The notes below the pieces were generated by a model. The model had not been told where the DNA came from. It made no database searches and saw only the letters and a program-made list of their open reading frames with translations. From an uncultured Acidimicrobiia bacterium (GTDB lineage: Bacteria; Actinomycetota; Acidimicrobiia; Acidimicrobiales; AC-14), in contig CAWIIV010000012.1 of assembly GCA_963836205.1 (NCBI GenBank), forward strand, positions 130,255 through 194,254: a DNA stretch of 64,000 nucleotides. Reading direction: 5' to 3'. Positions 61,534-64,000 of this stretch are shown piece after piece (within the stretch, counting starts at the first letter, position 1; every line of letters starts with the position of its first letter). The translations under genes and the position numbers were made by a program.

Positions 61534-62292
61534 GTGGCCGACGGCGGCGTGCGAGGCGTGACGCCGTCCGATGAGTACTGGCAGGGGGCGGGCGAGGCTC
61601 TGTCGCCGGAGAAGTCGCTCGCCCGGATCGACGAGAAGGCCAGGCACCTCGTGGGGAGCGTGGGTGTCGTCGGTGCCGTCCTCGGTGCCGGTGGGCTCGT
61701 CGCCAGCCAGAACCTGGCAGCCGGCGGGGTGGCGCGCGCCTTGGCCTTCACATCCTCCGTGCTCGCCTTCGTGGCGGTGGCCGCTGCACTTGGAGCAAGT
61801 CTGCTGCGCTTCGAGGCCAGCCTTCCGCATCGCGACCTGATCGCCGTTCGCGCCTGGTACGACGGGCAGTTCCAGCGGGCCAAGCTGGTGGTCGTAGGCG
61901 GGGCGCTTCTCTTGTGTGCCGTCATAGTTGCCGCCGTCGCAGCGACGACTGCCTTCTTCTCGACGGCGCGCCACGACCCGTCGCTGTCGATCGCCGCCAT
62001 CCCCAGGAACAACATGTCCGCCATCTCAGCCAAGGTCACGGCAACTCACGTTGCATCGAAGGAGCTGCTGCATGCCGAACTGGCAGCCACGGTCAGCGGG
62101 AGGCGCACAGTGATCGCCACGGGCGTGTCGAGCGCCGATGACGATGGGAAGGTTTCGATCTCGTTCGAGGCCACGGCGCCCGTGGATGTCATCGTGGAGC
62201 TCGTGGCGCAGACGGATCGTCGCCGCTGCGTTGTGCGGCTTGGCGATTCGGCCAGCTCGTCCCCCGCGTGCTCCAAAAGGCGTAGAGCCTGA
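61534..62292 (+). CDS. Membrane protein (about 3 TM) with C-terminal beta-rich domain
   Basis: Hydrophobic segments, then a Cys-pair C-terminal domain; a diverged paralog fragment at 57489 supports the reading frame. Confidence 0.75.
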   Translation: MADGGVRGVTPSDEYWQGAGEALSPEKSLARIDEKARHLVGSVGVVGAVLGAGGLVASQNLAAGGVARALAFTSSVLAFVAVAAALGASLLRFEASLPHRDLIAVRAWYDGQFQRAKLVVVGGALLLCAVIVAAVAATTAFFSTARHDPSLSIAAIPRNNMSAISAKVTATHVASKELLHAELAATVSGRRTVIATGVSSADDDGKVSISFEATAPVDVIVELVAQTDRRRCVVRLGDSASSSPACSKRRRA

Positions 62293-62304
62293 CGTCGAGG
62301 CGCG

Positions 62305-64000
62305 TCAGCCCTGCTCGAGTCGGGCGATGAGGGCGCTGGCATTCTCGGCCTGTTCCTCGGCGCCCCCGACGTAGGACTCGTAGTCGGCGAGGGCGGCCTG
62401 GGCGAAGAGGAGAGCGTCGGCGGGCCGGTCGGTGGCGAGCATGAGAGCGATGTTGAACCGCGTCACGCCAGCTCCGAAGCGGTTGCCCCTCGCCATCTCA
62501 TACTTGATCGATCGCTGGTAGTGGTCGAAGGCGCGGGGGATGTCACCAGCGTGGTCGTAGACGACGCCGACTTGGCCGTGGGTGACGGCCAGGTCGGCGA
62601 TGTCGTCGGCGGGGAACAGGGGCAGGGCCTCCTGGTAGCGACGGGCGGCGTCATTGAGGTGACGGACGAGGACCTCCACCGGCTCACGAGCCTCGATGGC
62701 GTCATAGAACCGCTCGAGGGCGATGCTACCCAGCTGGCCCAGTGATCGGGCTTGGCGGATCGGCGCCTTGTCGCCACGGAGCTCCAGGCTGCGTTGATAC
62801 CAGTGCTCGGCTTGGTCGAGGTCCCGCAGGGCCGGGATGGCCTGGTAGGCGGCCCCCAGGTTGAAGGCGTCGATCGACTCGGCGATGTTGTCGCCGATGC
62901 CGGCGTCAAGGGCCATGGCCTCCCGGTAGTGCTCGACGCAGCCGGGGTCGCCCTGCTCGCGCAGGATCTGCCCGAGCGCCTGAGCCGACGCGGCGAGGGT
63001 GCGGATCCGGTTGCGCTGGTCGGGGCTGCGTTGTGGCGCGGGGGTGGCCAGGGCGTCGGCCGCCCGGTGGCGGGCGACCGCCACCTGGACCCGCTGGAGG
63101 CGCTCGGCTGCGGCCCAGTCTCGCGCGGCCCGGGCCAGGCGGACCCGATACTGGGTGAGGATGCCCCACGCCTCATCCCGCCCGGGCCGGGGACCGTCGC
63201 CGCCGGCCTCGACGTAGAGGCCGGAGGCGCCCTCCACCAGGCGGGCCCACTCGCCGGCGCGGCCCTGGTGGTTATAGAGGACGTGCAGGCCCTGCATGGT
63301 CCCGATGGCCTCGGCCCACCAATCGCCGGCCACGGCCAGGCGCCGGGCGTGGAGCAGGTTGGCCTCCTCGGCTTCGAGGACGCCGACCACCTGGTGGCGG
63401 CCTTCCTCGTAGGCGCGGTTGTAGTAGGTCCCGAGTCCGCCCATGGCCGCGGCGTAGGCCCGGGATGGCCCCGGTGCCCCCGCCGTGTCGGCCTCGCCCC
63501 AGGCCTCGGCCAGGGCGGGGGCCAAGAACCAGGGCAGGGCCGGGTGGAGCCGGTAGTAGCCGCCGCCGGCCGGGCTGAGCAGGCCGGCCTCGGCGGCCCG
63601 GTCGAGCAGTCCCACCCACTCCTTTTTGCCGAGGCCCCCGAGGCCGGCCAGGTGCTGGGCCGTGGAGGGGTCGCCCATGGCCACCAGGGCGTCGGCGTCC
63701 ACGAAGCCCTGGAACAGCCCGAGCAGGGCGAGGCGGGCCTGGTCGGGGGGGCCGAAGGCGTCGGTGAAGCCGTAGCGCAGCGACGCGCCCAGCGAGCGTG
63801 ATCGCCCCTCGGCCTGGGCGTGGTCCTCCAGGTCCTGGCCGGCCCGCAGGCGGGCCACGAAGGCCTCGATGCCGGCGCTGGTGGCCAGACCCTGGCGCAG
63901 CGCCTGGCTCACCACCATGGTGGTGGTGAGGGGGTTGCCCTCGGCGTAGCGCAACAGGGGCCGCCAGTCCTCCAGCTCCCCCAGGCGCCGCCCGTGGCGG
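62305..64000 (-). CDS. Second CHAT-STAND-TPR paralog, C-terminal part (5' end beyond the window)
   Basis: Colinear with the last ~560 residues of the 57646-61218 protein. Confidence 0.9.
   Translation of the reverse strand, partial: RHGRRLGELEDWRPLLRYAEGNPLTTTMVVSQALRQGLATSAGIEAFVARLRAGQDLEDHAQAEGRSRSLGASLRYGFTDAFGPPDQARLALLGLFQGFVDADALVAMGDPSTAQHLAGLGGLGKKEWVGLLDRAAEAGLLSPAGGGYYRLHPALPWFLAPALAEAWGEADTAGAPGPSRAYAAAMGGLGTYYNRAYEEGRHQVVGVLEAEEANLLHARRLAVAGDWWAEAIGTMQGLHVLYNHQGRAGEWARLVEGASGLYVEAGGDGPRPGRDEAWGILTQYRVRLARAARDWAAAERLQRVQVAVARHRAADALATPAPQRSPDQRNRIRTLAASAQALGQILREQGDPGCVEHYREAMALDAGIGDNIAESIDAFNLGAAYQAIPALRDLDQAEHWYQRSLELRGDKAPIRQARSLGQLGSIALERFYDAIEAREPVEVLVRHLNDAARRYQEALPLFPADDIADLAVTHGQVGVVYDHAGDIPRAFDHYQRSIKYEMARGNRFGAGVTRFNIALMLATDRPADALLFAQAALADYESYVGGAEEQAENASALIARLEQG

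Larger units (their letters stand above)
57489..64000. repeat. Tandem segmental duplication with period 4659 bp (57489-59341 matches about 62148-64000)
   Basis: Stop codons 57633/62292 and 57646/62305 are both offset by exactly 4659 bp. Confidence 0.92.

Noticed and set aside
57646-64000. Diversity-generating retroelement as the cause of TPR variation
   Set aside because: Differences are not adenine-specific, span more than 800 bp, and no reverse transcriptase is present in the window.

Overview
High-GC actinobacterial chromosome segment. Gene content and order suggest Acidimicrobiia, but that is inference. The housekeeping backbone is soxR fragment, ftsH-like protease, L,D-transpeptidase, murJ, tRNA-Gly/tRNA-Pro, tig-clpP-clpX, folC-ndk-mreBCD-mrdA-rodA-rne, rplU-rpmA-obgE-proB, pspA, a GCS2 ligase and a GH3 hexosaminidase. 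Three accessory zones interrupt it. (1) An arthropod-type hemocyanin/prophenoloxidase-like gene beside the tRNAs, followed by a decayed island (about 7.2-14.7 kb) with a dead tyrosine integrase, a VapBC45-like toxin-antitoxin pair, ISL3 and ISAzo13 elements with visible terminal repeats and target duplications, and a HEPN remnant. (2) Scattered cassettes: a GNAT plus CoA-ligase pair, an HTH/nucleotidyltransferase pair, an FHA-LuxR plus kinase/pseudo-cyclase module, and a SxtA4-like alpha-oxoamine synthase with an MFS exporter. (3) At the right end, a two-tyrosine-recombinase element and a 4659-bp-period tandem duplication of a three-gene module: a CHAT (caspase-like)-STAND NTPase-TPR protein, a small Cys/His protein and a multi-TM protein. 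The two CHAT copies are nearly identical in the NTPase-proximal part and diverged in the C-terminal TPRs. This module is the best candidate for an undescribed protease-triggered conflict system. Several single-base frameshifts, including one in obgE, suggest residual sequencing indels. All calls come from reading motifs by eye; no searches were run.
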